Part shown: positions 27,696 through 36,628 of the stretch, piece after piece
Numbering within the stretch: position 1 is the stretch's first letter
How the letters are laid out: every line of letters starts with the position of its first letter
Assembly: GCA_964481675.1 (NCBI GenBank)
Contig: CAYZVY010000006.1
Span: 1-44,591, forward strand
Reading direction: 5' to 3'
Source of the DNA: an uncultured Verrucomicrobiota bacterium
GTDB lineage: Bacteria; Verrucomicrobiota; Kiritimatiellia; CAIKKV01
Length of the DNA: 44,591 bases
Position numbers and translations under genes: made by a program
The notes under the pieces: generated by a model
Told to the model about the DNA's origin: nothing
Seen by the model: only the letters and a program-made list of their open reading frames with translations
Database searches by the model: none

Positions 27696-28190
27696 ATGCT
27701 CACACGTTCCGCCAAATATGCGATCAAGGCGCTGGCCTACCTGGCCCGGAAGCCCGAGGGAGGCGACCCTGTCCGGATCGGCGACATCGCCCGCGACGAA
27801 ATGATCCCGCGCAAGTTCCTCGAGCGAATCCTGCTCCAGCTCAACCGGGACGGCCTTCTCTACAGCCGCCGCGGCCCCGACGGGGGCTACGGCCTCGCCC
27901 GCCCCGCCCACAGCATCATGCTGGGCGACCTGATCCGCCGCATCGACGGCCCGCTCGCGCCCATCCCCTGCGTCAGCGTCACCGCCTACCGGCCCTGTAC
28001 CGACTGCTCCGACGAGGCCACCTGCGGCATCCGCCTGGTCATGAAACAGGTGCGCGATGCCATCGCGAGCATCCTCGACCACACCAGCCTGGCCGACATG
28101 CAGTCACTCTCCGACACCGTGAAGGACGCGCTGGCCGAATCGCGCGCCGCAGCCGCGAAGCCAGCGCGCTCCAAGAAAAGCAAAGGATAA
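27696..28190 (+). CDS. Rrf2 family transcriptional regulator (sulfur/cysteine metabolism type)
   Basis: [39 protein letters not shown], Cys cluster. Start ATG 27696. Confidence 0.9.
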   Translation: MLTRSAKYAIKALAYLARKPEGGDPVRIGDIARDEMIPRKFLERILLQLNRDGLLYSRRGPDGGYGLARPAHSIMLGDLIRRIDGPLAPIPCVSVTAYRPCTDCSDEATCGIRLVMKQVRDAIASILDHTSLADMQSLSDTVKDALAESRAAAAKPARSKKSKG

Positions 28191-28195
28191 GCCCC

Positions 28196-29188
28196 ATGAA
28201 ATCCATTCTCGTCGCCTGCCTCGTCGCCGGCGCCTCGCTGGTGCGGGCCGAAGACTCCATCACCCTTCTGAATGTTTCCTACGATCCCACGCGCGAATTC
28301 TACAAGGCCGTCAACGCCGCGTTCGCCGAGTCGTGGAAAAAGGAAACCGGACAGGCGGTCAAAATCGAACAGTCGCACGGCGGATCCGGCAAGCAGGCGC
28401 GCGCCGTCCTGGACGGTCTGCAGGCGGATGTCGTGACGCTGGCCCTGTCATACGACATCGACGCGCTCGCGATCCACGGCAACCTGCTTCCCTCCAACTG
28501 GCAAACCCGGCTACCCAAAAACAGCGCGCCCTACACCTCCACCATCGTGTTCCTGGTCCGGGCCGGCAATCCCCTGAAAATCAAGGACTGGGGCGACCTG
28601 CTGAACCCGGGCGTCAGCGTCGTGACGCCAAACCCGAAAACCTCCGGCGGCGCCCGCTGGAATTATCTCGCCGCCTGGGCCTGGGCGGCCCGCAACCGGG
28701 GCGGCCCCGGCGGCGCACAGGCGTATCTGCGTGACCTTTTCAAGCGCGTCGCCTCGCTCGACTCCGGCGCGCGAGGATCCACCACCACGTTCTGCCAGCG
28801 CGGCATGGGAGACGTGTTCCTGGCGTGGGAAAACGAGGCCTTCCTGGCGCAGAAGGAATTCCCGGACAAGCATTTTGAAATCGTCACGCCCTCCCTCAGC
28901 ATTCTTGCCGAACCGCCGGTGGCCGTCGTGGACGCCGTGGCGGACAAACACGGCACCCGCAAGGCGGCTGAAGCCTACTTGAAATTCCTCTACTCGGCCG
29001 AAGGCCAGAAACTGGCCGCCCGCCATTTCTTCCGCCCCTCCGCGCCTGAACTGGCTGACCCGGCCGAACTGGCCCGCTTCAAGCCCCTGCAGATGGTGAC
29101 CATCGACCAGGAATTCGGCGGCTGGACCAAGGCCCAGAAGGAGCATTTCGAAGAAGGCGGCACATTTGACCGGATCATGCAGCCGTGA
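28196..29188 (+). CDS. sbp: sulfate ABC transporter substrate-binding protein
   Basis: Signal peptide, [46 protein letters not shown]. Confidence 0.95.
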   Translation: MKSILVACLVAGASLVRAEDSITLLNVSYDPTREFYKAVNAAFAESWKKETGQAVKIEQSHGGSGKQARAVLDGLQADVVTLALSYDIDALAIHGNLLPSNWQTRLPKNSAPYTSTIVFLVRAGNPLKIKDWGDLLNPGVSVVTPNPKTSGGARWNYLAAWAWAARNRGGPGGAQAYLRDLFKRVASLDSGARGSTTTFCQRGMGDVFLAWENEAFLAQKEFPDKHFEIVTPSLSILAEPPVAVVDAVADKHGTRKAAEAYLKFLYSAEGQKLAARHFFRPSAPELADPAELARFKPLQMVTIDQEFGGWTKAQKEHFEEGGTFDRIMQP

Positions 29189-30012
29189 TGCGCGTGTCCG
29201 CCATACCGGGAAAGCCCGGCCTCATCCTGGGCCTCACCCTGACTTACCTCGGGCTCCTGGTCCTCCTGCCCATCTCGGCCGCCGTCTTCAAGAGCGCCAC
29301 CCTCGACGGGCAAACCTTCTGGTCGGTGGTCGCCTCCCCCCGCGCCCTCGCCGCCTACCGGCTGACATTCGGCTCCGCCTTCTTCGCGGCGCTGCTGAAC
29401 ACGGGCGCCGGCCTGCTGGTGGCCTGGGTCCTGGTGCGCATCCCCTTCCCGGGCCGGCGGCTGGTCGACTCCCTGGTGGACCTTCCCTTCGCTCTTCCCA
29501 CTGCCGTGGCCGGCATTGCCCTGGCGGGACTCTATGCGCCCGACGGCTGGATCGGACGCTTGCTGACCCCCTTCGGAATCAAAGTGGCCTATCAGCCCAT
29601 CGGGGTGTTCATCGCCCTCGTCTTCATCGGCCTGCCGTTCGTCGTCCGCACGCTCCAGCCCGTGCTGGAGGAACTGGATCCGGCTGTGGAGGAATCCGCC
29701 GCCTGCCTGGGCGCCTCGCGCGGCGTCACATTCATCAAGGTGATCCTGCCCGCCATCGCCCCCGCACTGCTGACCGGTTTCGCCATGGCGTTTGCCCGGG
29801 GCATCGGGGAATACGGCTCGGTCATCTTCATCGCCGGCAACCTGCCGATGAAATCGGAAATCGCCTCGCTGCTGATCGTGACGCGGCTGGAGCAATACGA
29901 CTATGCCGGCGCCGCCGCCCTGGCCGTCACGCTGCTGATGGCCTCGTTCGTCCTGCTGGTGCTCATCAACACCCTGCAATCCTGGAGCCGGAGCCGCCAT
30001 GCGCACCGCTGA
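29188..30012 (+). CDS. cysT: sulfate ABC transporter permease CysT (CysU)
   Basis: VDLPFALPTAVAG, GLPFVVRTLQP, EESAACLGA (EAA loop), FARGIGEYGSVIFIAGN. Confidence 0.93.
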   Translation: MRVSAIPGKPGLILGLTLTYLGLLVLLPISAAVFKSATLDGQTFWSVVASPRALAAYRLTFGSAFFAALLNTGAGLLVAWVLVRIPFPGRRLVDSLVDLPFALPTAVAGIALAGLYAPDGWIGRLLTPFGIKVAYQPIGVFIALVFIGLPFVVRTLQPVLEELDPAVEESAACLGASRGVTFIKVILPAIAPALLTGFAMAFARGIGEYGSVIFIAGNLPMKSEIASLLIVTRLEQYDYAGAAALAVTLLMASFVLLVLINTLQSWSRSRHAHR

Positions 30013-30871
30013 AACGCACCGCCTTCCGGCCCTGGCCGAACCCGCGCCCATCCGCTTCCTGATGCTGGGCGGGGCGCTGCTGTTCCTCGGGGCCTTCATC
30101 CTGCTGCCCCTGATCCAGGTGATGGCCATGGCCCTCTCCAAGGGCTGGCGCGCCTATGCCGCCGCCTTGAGCGACCCGGATGCCCTCGCCTCCATCCGCC
30201 TCACGCTGGCCGTGGCCGCCGTGGTGGTGCCGCTCAACACGGTCTTCGGCACGGCGCTGGCCTGGGCCATCGTCAAGAACCCGGTCCGGGGCCGCCGGCT
30301 GATCGCCTCGATCGTCGACCTGCCCTTCTCCATCTCGCCCGTCATCGCGGGCCTCCTGTTCGTGCTGCTCTTCGGCCGGCAGGGCTGGTTCCACCCGTGG
30401 CTGGAAGCACGCGGCCTTCAGGTCATCTTCGCCTTCCCGGGCCTGGTGCTGGCCACCCTCTTCGTCACGCTGCCGTTCGTGGCACGCGAGTTGATCCCCC
30501 TGATGGAATCGCAGGGACCCGAGGAAGAGGACGCCGCCCGCCTCCTGGGCGCCTCGGCCTGGAAAACCTTCTGGTCAGTCACCCTCCCCAACATCAAGTG
30601 GGGCCTGCTCTACGGGGTCATCCTCTGCAACGCCCGCGCCATGGGCGAGTTCGGCGCCGTGTCCGTCGTTTCCGGCCACATCCGGGGCCGCACCAACACG
30701 CTACCCCTGCACGTGGAGGCGCTGTTCAACGAATACAACTTCACGGCCGCCTATGCCGTGGCATCGCTGCTGGCCGGCCTCGCCCTGGTCACCCTCGTGG
30801 TGAAGTCGGCGGCCGAATGGCAGGTCAGGCGCCAGCGGGCGGCCGCCGAAAGGATGCGCGATGAGCATTGA
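29999..30871 (+). CDS. cysW: sulfate ABC transporter permease CysW
   Basis: [53 protein letters not shown]. Confidence 0.93.
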   Translation: MRTAETHRLPALAEPAPIRFLMLGGALLFLGAFILLPLIQVMAMALSKGWRAYAAALSDPDALASIRLTLAVAAVVVPLNTVFGTALAWAIVKNPVRGRRLIASIVDLPFSISPVIAGLLFVLLFGRQGWFHPWLEARGLQVIFAFPGLVLATLFVTLPFVARELIPLMESQGPEEEDAARLLGASAWKTFWSVTLPNIKWGLLYGVILCNARAMGEFGAVSVVSGHIRGRTNTLPLHVEALFNEYNFTAAYAVASLLAGLALVTLVVKSAAEWQVRRQRAAAERMRDEH

Positions 30872-31856
30872 AATCCGGAACGTGTCCAAGCATTACGGCC
30901 GGTTCCACGTCCTGCACGACGTCAACCTGGATGTGAAAACCGGCGAACTGGTGGCCCTCCTGGGCCCGTCGGGCTGCGGCAAAACAACCCTGCTCCGCAT
31001 CATCGCGGGACTTGAGGTTCCGGACACCGGCAGCATCCGCACCCATGGCGAGGAGACGGCCGACCGCCCGGTCCGCGAGAGGCGGGTGGGCTTCGTCTTC
31101 CAGCACTACGCCCTGTTCCGCCACATGACGGTCTTCGAGAATATCGCCTTCGGCCTCCGCGCACGGCCTCGCCGTGACCGGCCGTCCGACGAGGAAATCA
31201 CCCGGCGGGTCAAGGCGCTGCTGGACCTGATCCAGCTCGACTGGCTGGCCGCCCACTACCCGGACCAGCTGTCCGGCGGGCAGCGCCAGCGGGTGGCCCT
31301 GGCCCGCGCGCTCGCCATCGAGCCGCGCGTGCTGCTGCTGGACGAGCCTTTCGGCGCGCTCGACACGCGCGTGCGCACGGAACTGCGGCGCTGGCTGCGC
31401 CGGCGCCACGCCGACCTGGGCGTGACCAGCCTGTTCGTGACGCACGACCAGGAGGAAGCCATCGAGGTGGCCGACCGCATCGTGGTGATGAACGCCGGAC
31501 GGATCGAGCAGGAAGGCTCGCCCGCCGATGTCTATGAAAACCCGGCCTCCGCCTTTGTATGCCGGTTCCTGGGGAATGTGAACACCTGGCCGGATACGCC
31601 GCCGTCCAGCCAGGTCCGGCTGGTCCGCCCGCATGAGTGCGATCTGTTCCGCGCCGATCCGGGCGCCGACGCCCTGCCCGTCGTGGTCAAGGCGATCCGC
31701 CAGGCGGGCCCCCTGGTACGGATCGATCTGCAGCGAGCGGGGACGGCGGAATTCCTGGAGGCAGACCTGGCGCGCGATGCGGCCTCCGCCTTACGCCCGA
31801 TTCCCGGGGAACAGCTGTTTGCCAGGCCGCGCCGGATCCGGGCGTATGCGCGGTAA
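30861..31856 (+). CDS. cysA: sulfate ABC transporter ATP-binding protein CysA
   Basis: [58 protein letters not shown]-like tail. Confidence 0.93.
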   Translation: MSIEIRNVSKHYGRFHVLHDVNLDVKTGELVALLGPSGCGKTTLLRIIAGLEVPDTGSIRTHGEETADRPVRERRVGFVFQHYALFRHMTVFENIAFGLRARPRRDRPSDEEITRRVKALLDLIQLDWLAAHYPDQLSGGQRQRVALARALAIEPRVLLLDEPFGALDTRVRTELRRWLRRRHADLGVTSLFVTHDQEEAIEVADRIVVMNAGRIEQEGSPADVYENPASAFVCRFLGNVNTWPDTPPSSQVRLVRPHECDLFRADPGADALPVVVKAIRQAGPLVRIDLQRAGTAEFLEADLARDAASALRPIPGEQLFARPRRIRAYAR

Positions 31857-31883
31857 AGTACAATGGACAAGTTCAGCAATTGA

Positions 31884-31989
31884 AGGTGGGAGCGCCACAC
31901 CGTTGGCGCGAGATGCGCAGGATTTGTGCATGATCGCGCGGACGGTGCCCTTCGACTTCGCTCAGGGCAGGCCGCGCTCCCACATCCAG
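31884..31989 (-). repeat. REPIN-like doublet, copy 2 (inverted; carries the 24-nt nested insert at 31947-31970)
   Basis: The reverse complement of 31930-31989 is identical to 33988-34047. GTGGGAGCGC termini. Confidence 0.88.
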
Positions 31990-32004
31990 TGGCAGACGAG
32001 TTCC

Positions 32005-33957
32005 TTACTTATCAATCAAAATCCCGCCCGCCCAGCCCTGAACCCGCTGCTGGCCGTTGGATAATCCGCACGCCCATTTGTCGTTTCCGCCCATATCGTA
32101 GGTGAGAGCGAAATTGCTGCAGTTGGAGACCGCCACATGATACTCCGACACCGGCGAGGCCATGCCCGCCTGCCGGGGTTCATACTGGTCGTCTCCCGCC
32201 CCGTCGGCCAGGATGGAAAAACTCGTCTGGCTCGCGAATCCGCCGTTTCCGCCCACATACCGGTCATTCCCCCCGGCATCGAATAGCGCGCCAAGCGCGA
32301 TATCCCAGCCAAAGCCATTTCCTGCCGTGGTGCCGGTATACAGGTCGTTGCCGGCATCGTCGAACAGGAACCCGAGGGCAAAATGACAGCCATAGGCGGG
32401 CCCCCAGCGGACAAACGGCTTTTCCTTCCGCGGCGTGCCGTCCCAGCATGTCCGCGTGGAGCCAAGCCGCGAATCGTTCCCCCCGAAATCACGCGCGATG
32501 CCCACCGCAAACCAGTAGCCCCCGCCGTGCGAGAAATAGTCGTATTCATATGAGTCATCCCCGCCGCCGTCAAGCAGGACGCCGACGCCTCCGTTGGCCG
32601 AACCGCGCGGACCCGCGCCGACACCCTGCGACCAGCCGGCGTAGCCGGGTGAATCGTCGTAGCCGCCCGGATACTTGCCGCCCGCATAATACGTGTCGTT
32701 CCCGGCCAGATCCTCCAGCAGGCCGAACCCCAGCGGACCGCCGAAGCCCTGCGCCCAGGCGGCCGCATGATAGGTGTCGCTTCCACCACCATCCCACAGC
32801 AGGCCGAGGCCGCCAACCGCCGACCCCTGGGCGCGTTTGTCCCCTAAATAGGAATCATCGCCGGACAGGTCGGCCAGCAGCCCGACCCCGGCCAGGCAGG
32901 AGCCCTGGGCCAGGTCGACGGCCGTGTAGCGGTCGTTCCCGGCGCCGTCCAGCAGGATCGAAATCCCGCCGACCGCGCCGCCCTGGATGCCCGTCTTGCG
33001 TCCGCTGTAGACGTCGTCCCCCCGGCGGTCCAGCAGGACCAGGACCGGGCGTGCGTCGCAGACGGTGCCCTCCTCGTAACGGTCGTTCCCGCCCAGATCC
33101 AATACGGCCTTAATGTCGAAATTGTTGTCGAGGTGATACACATTCGACTCGACCCCGCCGACGACAATCAACCCCTCCGATGTCTTCCATACGGCTGCGA
33201 GCGTGCCCTCCACTCCGGCGGCGGTGACGGTTGTGCTCTGCATGGACAGGGTGTTCAGCCAGGCGTCAAATCCGCCTGCCCGCCACTGATCGCCCAGCCG
33301 GGCCGCTTCCATGGCGCCGAGCGCTAGAGCCTTGCGATCCACTTTTTCAAGGATATCGCAGACCCTTCGGCCTTCATGGTCGTCAGCGAAGGCATGACCA
33401 GAAAAATTAGAGCTCAAGGCCTGGGCCACCAGTGAAGCGAAAAACCGTTCACGGTTTTCGATCGGCGCAAAAGCCTTTGCACGGGCTAGCTGCATGAGCG
33501 TCAGGCTAGTGGTGAACGAATCCAGGCCGACATCGTGAGCGCGCTGGCCGCCGGGAAGATCAACCGGAATGTCGGTCTTTTCAAAACCTTGCCGGGTCAG
33601 GTCCGCAAACGCACCGGTCTCGCGTAGAGCCGCCTGATGCAATTCCCGCGAAAACCGTTCGGCTTCGGGCGCGGCCGTCCGCTGATTACGCAACAGGCGG
33701 TCGAACCACGCCAGCCGGCAGTTGCCGGTCTTGTCGCGGTAGGAGTTCGTGACCGCCGAATCGTTCAGCAGTTTCGCGGCATACGCCTGGTAGCGGGCAA
33801 ACCAGGAATCAAGCCCCTTATCGCGCCATTCCTTGTCCATCCGCTCCTGGGAGGCGGCGACCGTCTTCTCCATCGGGCCGGCTTTACGCGAGGCCATGCC
33901 GAGGCCGAGCAAGGCGGCCGTGAGCATCAAGGCAAAACCGCAAGTTATTTTCTTCAA
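32005..33957 (-). CDS. secreted hypothetical protein with 12 D-x-x-G-[ND]-D-x-Y repeats (probable Ca-binding beta-solenoid)
   Basis: TTG start at 33957 with AGGAGG RBS 7 nt upstream, signal-like N-terminus KKITCGFALMLTAALLGLG, repeats such as LDLGGNDRY, LDGAGNDRY, FDDAGNDLY. Confidence 0.75.
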   Translation of the reverse strand: MKKITCGFALMLTAALLGLGMASRKAGPMEKTVAASQERMDKEWRDKGLDSWFARYQAYAAKLLNDSAVTNSYRDKTGNCRLAWFDRLLRNQRTAAPEAERFSRELHQAALRETGAFADLTRQGFEKTDIPVDLPGGQRAHDVGLDSFTTSLTLMQLARAKAFAPIENRERFFASLVAQALSSNFSGHAFADDHEGRRVCDILEKVDRKALALGAMEAARLGDQWRAGGFDAWLNTLSMQSTTVTAAGVEGTLAAVWKTSEGLIVVGGVESNVYHLDNNFDIKAVLDLGGNDRYEEGTVCDARPVLVLLDRRGDDVYSGRKTGIQGGAVGGISILLDGAGNDRYTAVDLAQGSCLAGVGLLADLSGDDSYLGDKRAQGSAVGGLGLLWDGGGSDTYHAAAWAQGFGGPLGFGLLEDLAGNDTYYAGGKYPGGYDDSPGYAGWSQGVGAGPRGSANGGVGVLLDGGGDDSYEYDYFSHGGGYWFAVGIARDFGGNDSRLGSTRTCWDGTPRKEKPFVRWGPAYGCHFALGFLFDDAGNDLYTGTTAGNGFGWDIALGALFDAGGNDRYVGGNGGFASQTSFSILADGAGDDQYEPRQAGMASPVSEYHVAVSNCSNFALTYDMGGNDKWACGLSNGQQRVQGWAGGILIDK

Positions 33958-33987
33958 GCGTAATCCTCCTGTACACATTGCTGGCGT

Positions 33988-34095
33988 CTGGATGTGGGAG
34001 CGCGGCCTGCCCTGAGCGAAGTCGAAGGGCACCGTCCGCGCGATCATACGCAAGTCTTTCGCCTATCGCGCCAACGGTGTGGCGCTCCCACATCC
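33988..34095 (+). repeat. REPIN-like doublet, copy 3 (carries the 24-nt nested insert at 34007-34030)
   Basis: 14-bp perfect terminal inverted repeat GGATGTGGGAGCGC/GCGCTCCCACATCC (33990-34003, 34082-34095). Confidence 0.88.
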
Positions 34096-34133
34096 GGTTT
34101 CGGGCCTTTCACAAAGCAGTGCTTGCGCAGCCC

Positions 34134-35177
34134 TCACCTCCACCCCGCCTCCTGCAACACCCGCTGGGCATTGTCATGGAAGACTGCCTCAACCTCGGCC
34201 CGACTCAGTTTCATCCGCTCGGAGGCCCGGCGGAACGCGTCGATCTCCTCATACATGAAAAAGGTGTAGCGGTCGCTTTCGGGCGGCGGGATCTCCCGCA
34301 TGTTCTTGTCGCCCGACACGTCGCCGTACAACCCGGTCGGCACCAGGTTCACGTACTGCCCCTTCTCGCAGATCCGCTTCATGCGCATCCGCAGGATGGG
34401 CAGGTCGGACCCGAACAGGATGCGCTGCGCCCCCACGGCCTTGATCAACTGCTCGAACACCCAGTCGTTCGTGTTGGCGCTGATGTCGAACAGCATCCGT
34501 TTCGTGGCCGCCAGCGTGTCAAAGGCCGTCCCCACATCCTCCGGGCAATAGGCCCGCCCCACGTGCGCCACGATCACCTGCAGCTGCGTGTACCTTTTTT
34601 CAATCTCCAGCATCTGGGCCAGGTTGACCGGGTCCTTGAGCCGGCCGGGCCGCGGGATATGCAGCATCATGATCCAGCCGTGACGGTCCAGAACCTCCAT
34701 CTGGTGCGGCGGAAAGAAGTCGAAGATCCGCACCTCGTTGCCGGGAACATAGGCCGGCGCCAGGCTCAGGTACGATTTGGCCCCATGGAACCCGCCCTTC
34801 TCGATGCGCGCTTCCAACTCGGCAGCCGACCAGTTGGGGTCGGAAAAGATGAGCGCGGGATACTGGGCCTGCCAGGAACACGCGCTGACGTAGTCGTTCT
34901 GCTTGTCGCCGTCCGCATCGAGCGTGCCGAACATCAGCGGCGTGACCGCCTTGCCGGGAAACATCAGCCGGTAGGTCTCCGTCAGATCCTCGACGGAGTT
35001 GTCCTTCGCCACGCGGCCGGGCCAGGTGACGGTGCGGCCGTCGGACGGCGAGTGCCTGATGAAGCGGTCGAGCCACACATGGGTGTGGATGTCGATCATC
35101 TTCGCCGGCAGGAAGTCCTTGAGGCGGTCGTTATAGAACGCGGCGTCCACCGGCTTGATTTCGAATAATAGGCTCAT
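34134..35177 (-). CDS. amidohydrolase family protein
   Basis: IDIHTH, GAKSY, MLHIP, VAHVGR, LFGSDLP. TGATG coupling to the sulfatase. Confidence 0.85.
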   Translation of the reverse strand: MSLLFEIKPVDAAFYNDRLKDFLPAKMIDIHTHVWLDRFIRHSPSDGRTVTWPGRVAKDNSVEDLTETYRLMFPGKAVTPLMFGTLDADGDKQNDYVSACSWQAQYPALIFSDPNWSAAELEARIEKGGFHGAKSYLSLAPAYVPGNEVRIFDFFPPHQMEVLDRHGWIMMLHIPRPGRLKDPVNLAQMLEIEKRYTQLQVIVAHVGRAYCPEDVGTAFDTLAATKRMLFDISANTNDWVFEQLIKAVGAQRILFGSDLPILRMRMKRICEKGQYVNLVPTGLYGDVSGDKNMREIPPPESDRYTFFMYEEIDAFRRASERMKLSRAEVEAVFHDNAQRVLQEAGWR

Positions 35178-36628
35178 CACGTCTCCTGTTCATACGCCGC
35201 CCAGCCCAGCTGCGCCGGGGGCGTCATGTCCATCAGCCGCTCCATGCAGTCCCGGAACCGGCCCAGCACCTCGCCGCAGGACGGATCGTCCGCCCGATTG
35301 GTTTGCTCGCCCGGATCCGCCTTGAGATTGTACAGCCATTCGCGCGCGGGCGCCCCCTGGGGAGTCGCCAGGTAGCGAATGTATTTCCATTCCGCCGATT
35401 GCAGCATGCGCCAGAGATTGTTGCACTCCGAGAAGGCCATGTCCCGCACATTCCGGGCATCCCCGCGCACGATCGGCATCAGCGAGCGGCAGGGCACGCG
35501 GTCGTGGAAAGCCGGCCAGGGCTTGGAAAGCGCCGCCACCGGATCGATCCCCGCCGCATCCAGGATGGTCGCGGTCAGGTCCGTGATTTCAATCGGGGAT
35601 TCGCATACCTTGCCGGCCAGGTAATCGGGATGGCGGATGGCGGTGGGTACCGTCACCGACTGCCGCCAGGGCTGCTGCTTGGACATGCGCGTGCGGTCGC
35701 CCAGCATTTCGCCATGATCGCTGGTCAGCAGGATGAGCGTGTTCTCCAGAAGCCCGTCCCGCTCCAGCCGGTCAAAGAGGAGGCCGACCTGCCGGTCGAT
35801 GCAGCCGATCATAGCCTTGTAGGCGCGGCGGAGGCGGCGCAGCCGTTCGCAGGCCTCCGCGGACAGGGTCGGCCCGCCCGGCAGGAACGGATCGTCCTGC
35901 TCCTCCGGCACCTGATCCAGGTCCGATTTGGGGGGATCATAGGGCTTGTGGGGGCCGCAGAAGGAGACAAACAGGAAAAACGGCTTGTCCTTCGGCCGGA
36001 TGTCGAGGGCCTTAAGCGCCTCGCGCCCCGTCACGCAATCGACATAATCCTCTTCGTCAAAGGGCCAGGGTGAACCCGAAAAAAGTACTTTTTCGGGATC
36101 CTGCTGGTTCGGCCCCTCGGCCTCGATGTGATCGCGAAACGCCTCGATCAACCCCTTGTCCTTCAAATAGGCCATGTAATCGCAATAATTCCGGAACGCC
36201 AGCTGCTTGCCCGAGCTCTCCCAGACGTGGTCCATCCCGAACTTCTTAATCTCCTCACGCAGTCCCACCAGGTTGTGCCCCTGCCCCCGCGGGTGGCCCC
36301 ACGGCCAGTTCTGCAACCAGTGGAACTTGCCGATGCCGGCCGTCCAGTAGCCGGCCTGCTGAAGCGCCCGCATATAGGTCGGATGCTGGAGGCTGAGGTC
36401 GCCCGACATGGCCAGCATGCCGATCTGGTGCGCATACTTGCCCGTGAGCAGGCACGACCGGGCGGGTGTGCAGATGGGGTTGGTGGTGACCGCATTGGAA
36501 AAGGCGACGCCTTCGGCCACGCGGTCCAGATTGGGCGTGGCCAGCCTGCTGCCTGGCAGGAAACCCACATGATCGGCCCGGTGCTGGTCCGTCATCAGGA
36601 ACAGGATGTTCAGCGGTTGCTTTCGCAT
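35177..36628 (-). CDS. Cys-type (formylglycine) sulfatase, S1 family, no signal peptide
   Basis: NILFLMTDQHR, TPNLD, CTPARSCLLTG, GKFH, PHKPY, SDHGEMLG. Confidence 0.92.
   Translation of the reverse strand: MRKQPLNILFLMTDQHRADHVGFLPGSRLATPNLDRVAEGVAFSNAVTTNPICTPARSCLLTGKYAHQIGMLAMSGDLSLQHPTYMRALQQAGYWTAGIGKFHWLQNWPWGHPRGQGHNLVGLREEIKKFGMDHVWESSGKQLAFRNYCDYMAYLKDKGLIEAFRDHIEAEGPNQQDPEKVLFSGSPWPFDEEDYVDCVTGREALKALDIRPKDKPFFLFVSFCGPHKPYDPPKSDLDQVPEEQDDPFLPGGPTLSAEACERLRRLRRAYKAMIGCIDRQVGLLFDRLERDGLLENTLILLTSDHGEMLGDRTRMSKQQPWRQSVTVPTAIRHPDYLAGKVCESPIEITDLTATILDAAGIDPVAALSKPWPAFHDRVPCRSLMPIVRGDARNVRDMAFSECNNLWRMLQSAEWKYIRYLATPQGAPAREWLYNLKADPGEQTNRADDPSCGEVLGRFRDCMERLMDMTPPAQLGWAAYEQET

Noticed and set aside
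27456-28082. N-terminal extension of the FGE-domain ORF (509 aa in the track)
   Set aside because: Runs antisense through rrf2 and the REPIN; the strong RBS and signal peptide at 27455 mark the true start
31633-32064. Small ORFs sharing the peptides IARTVPFDFAQGRPRSHIQ or WERH
   Set aside because: Translations of the REPIN copies, not genes; the same applies to the 33958-34053 extension
27526-34095. Repeats as a CRISPR array or integron attC sites
   Set aside because: Not regularly spaced direct repeats, orientations differ, there is no cas or integrase gene, and there are no RYYYAAC/GTTRRRY ends
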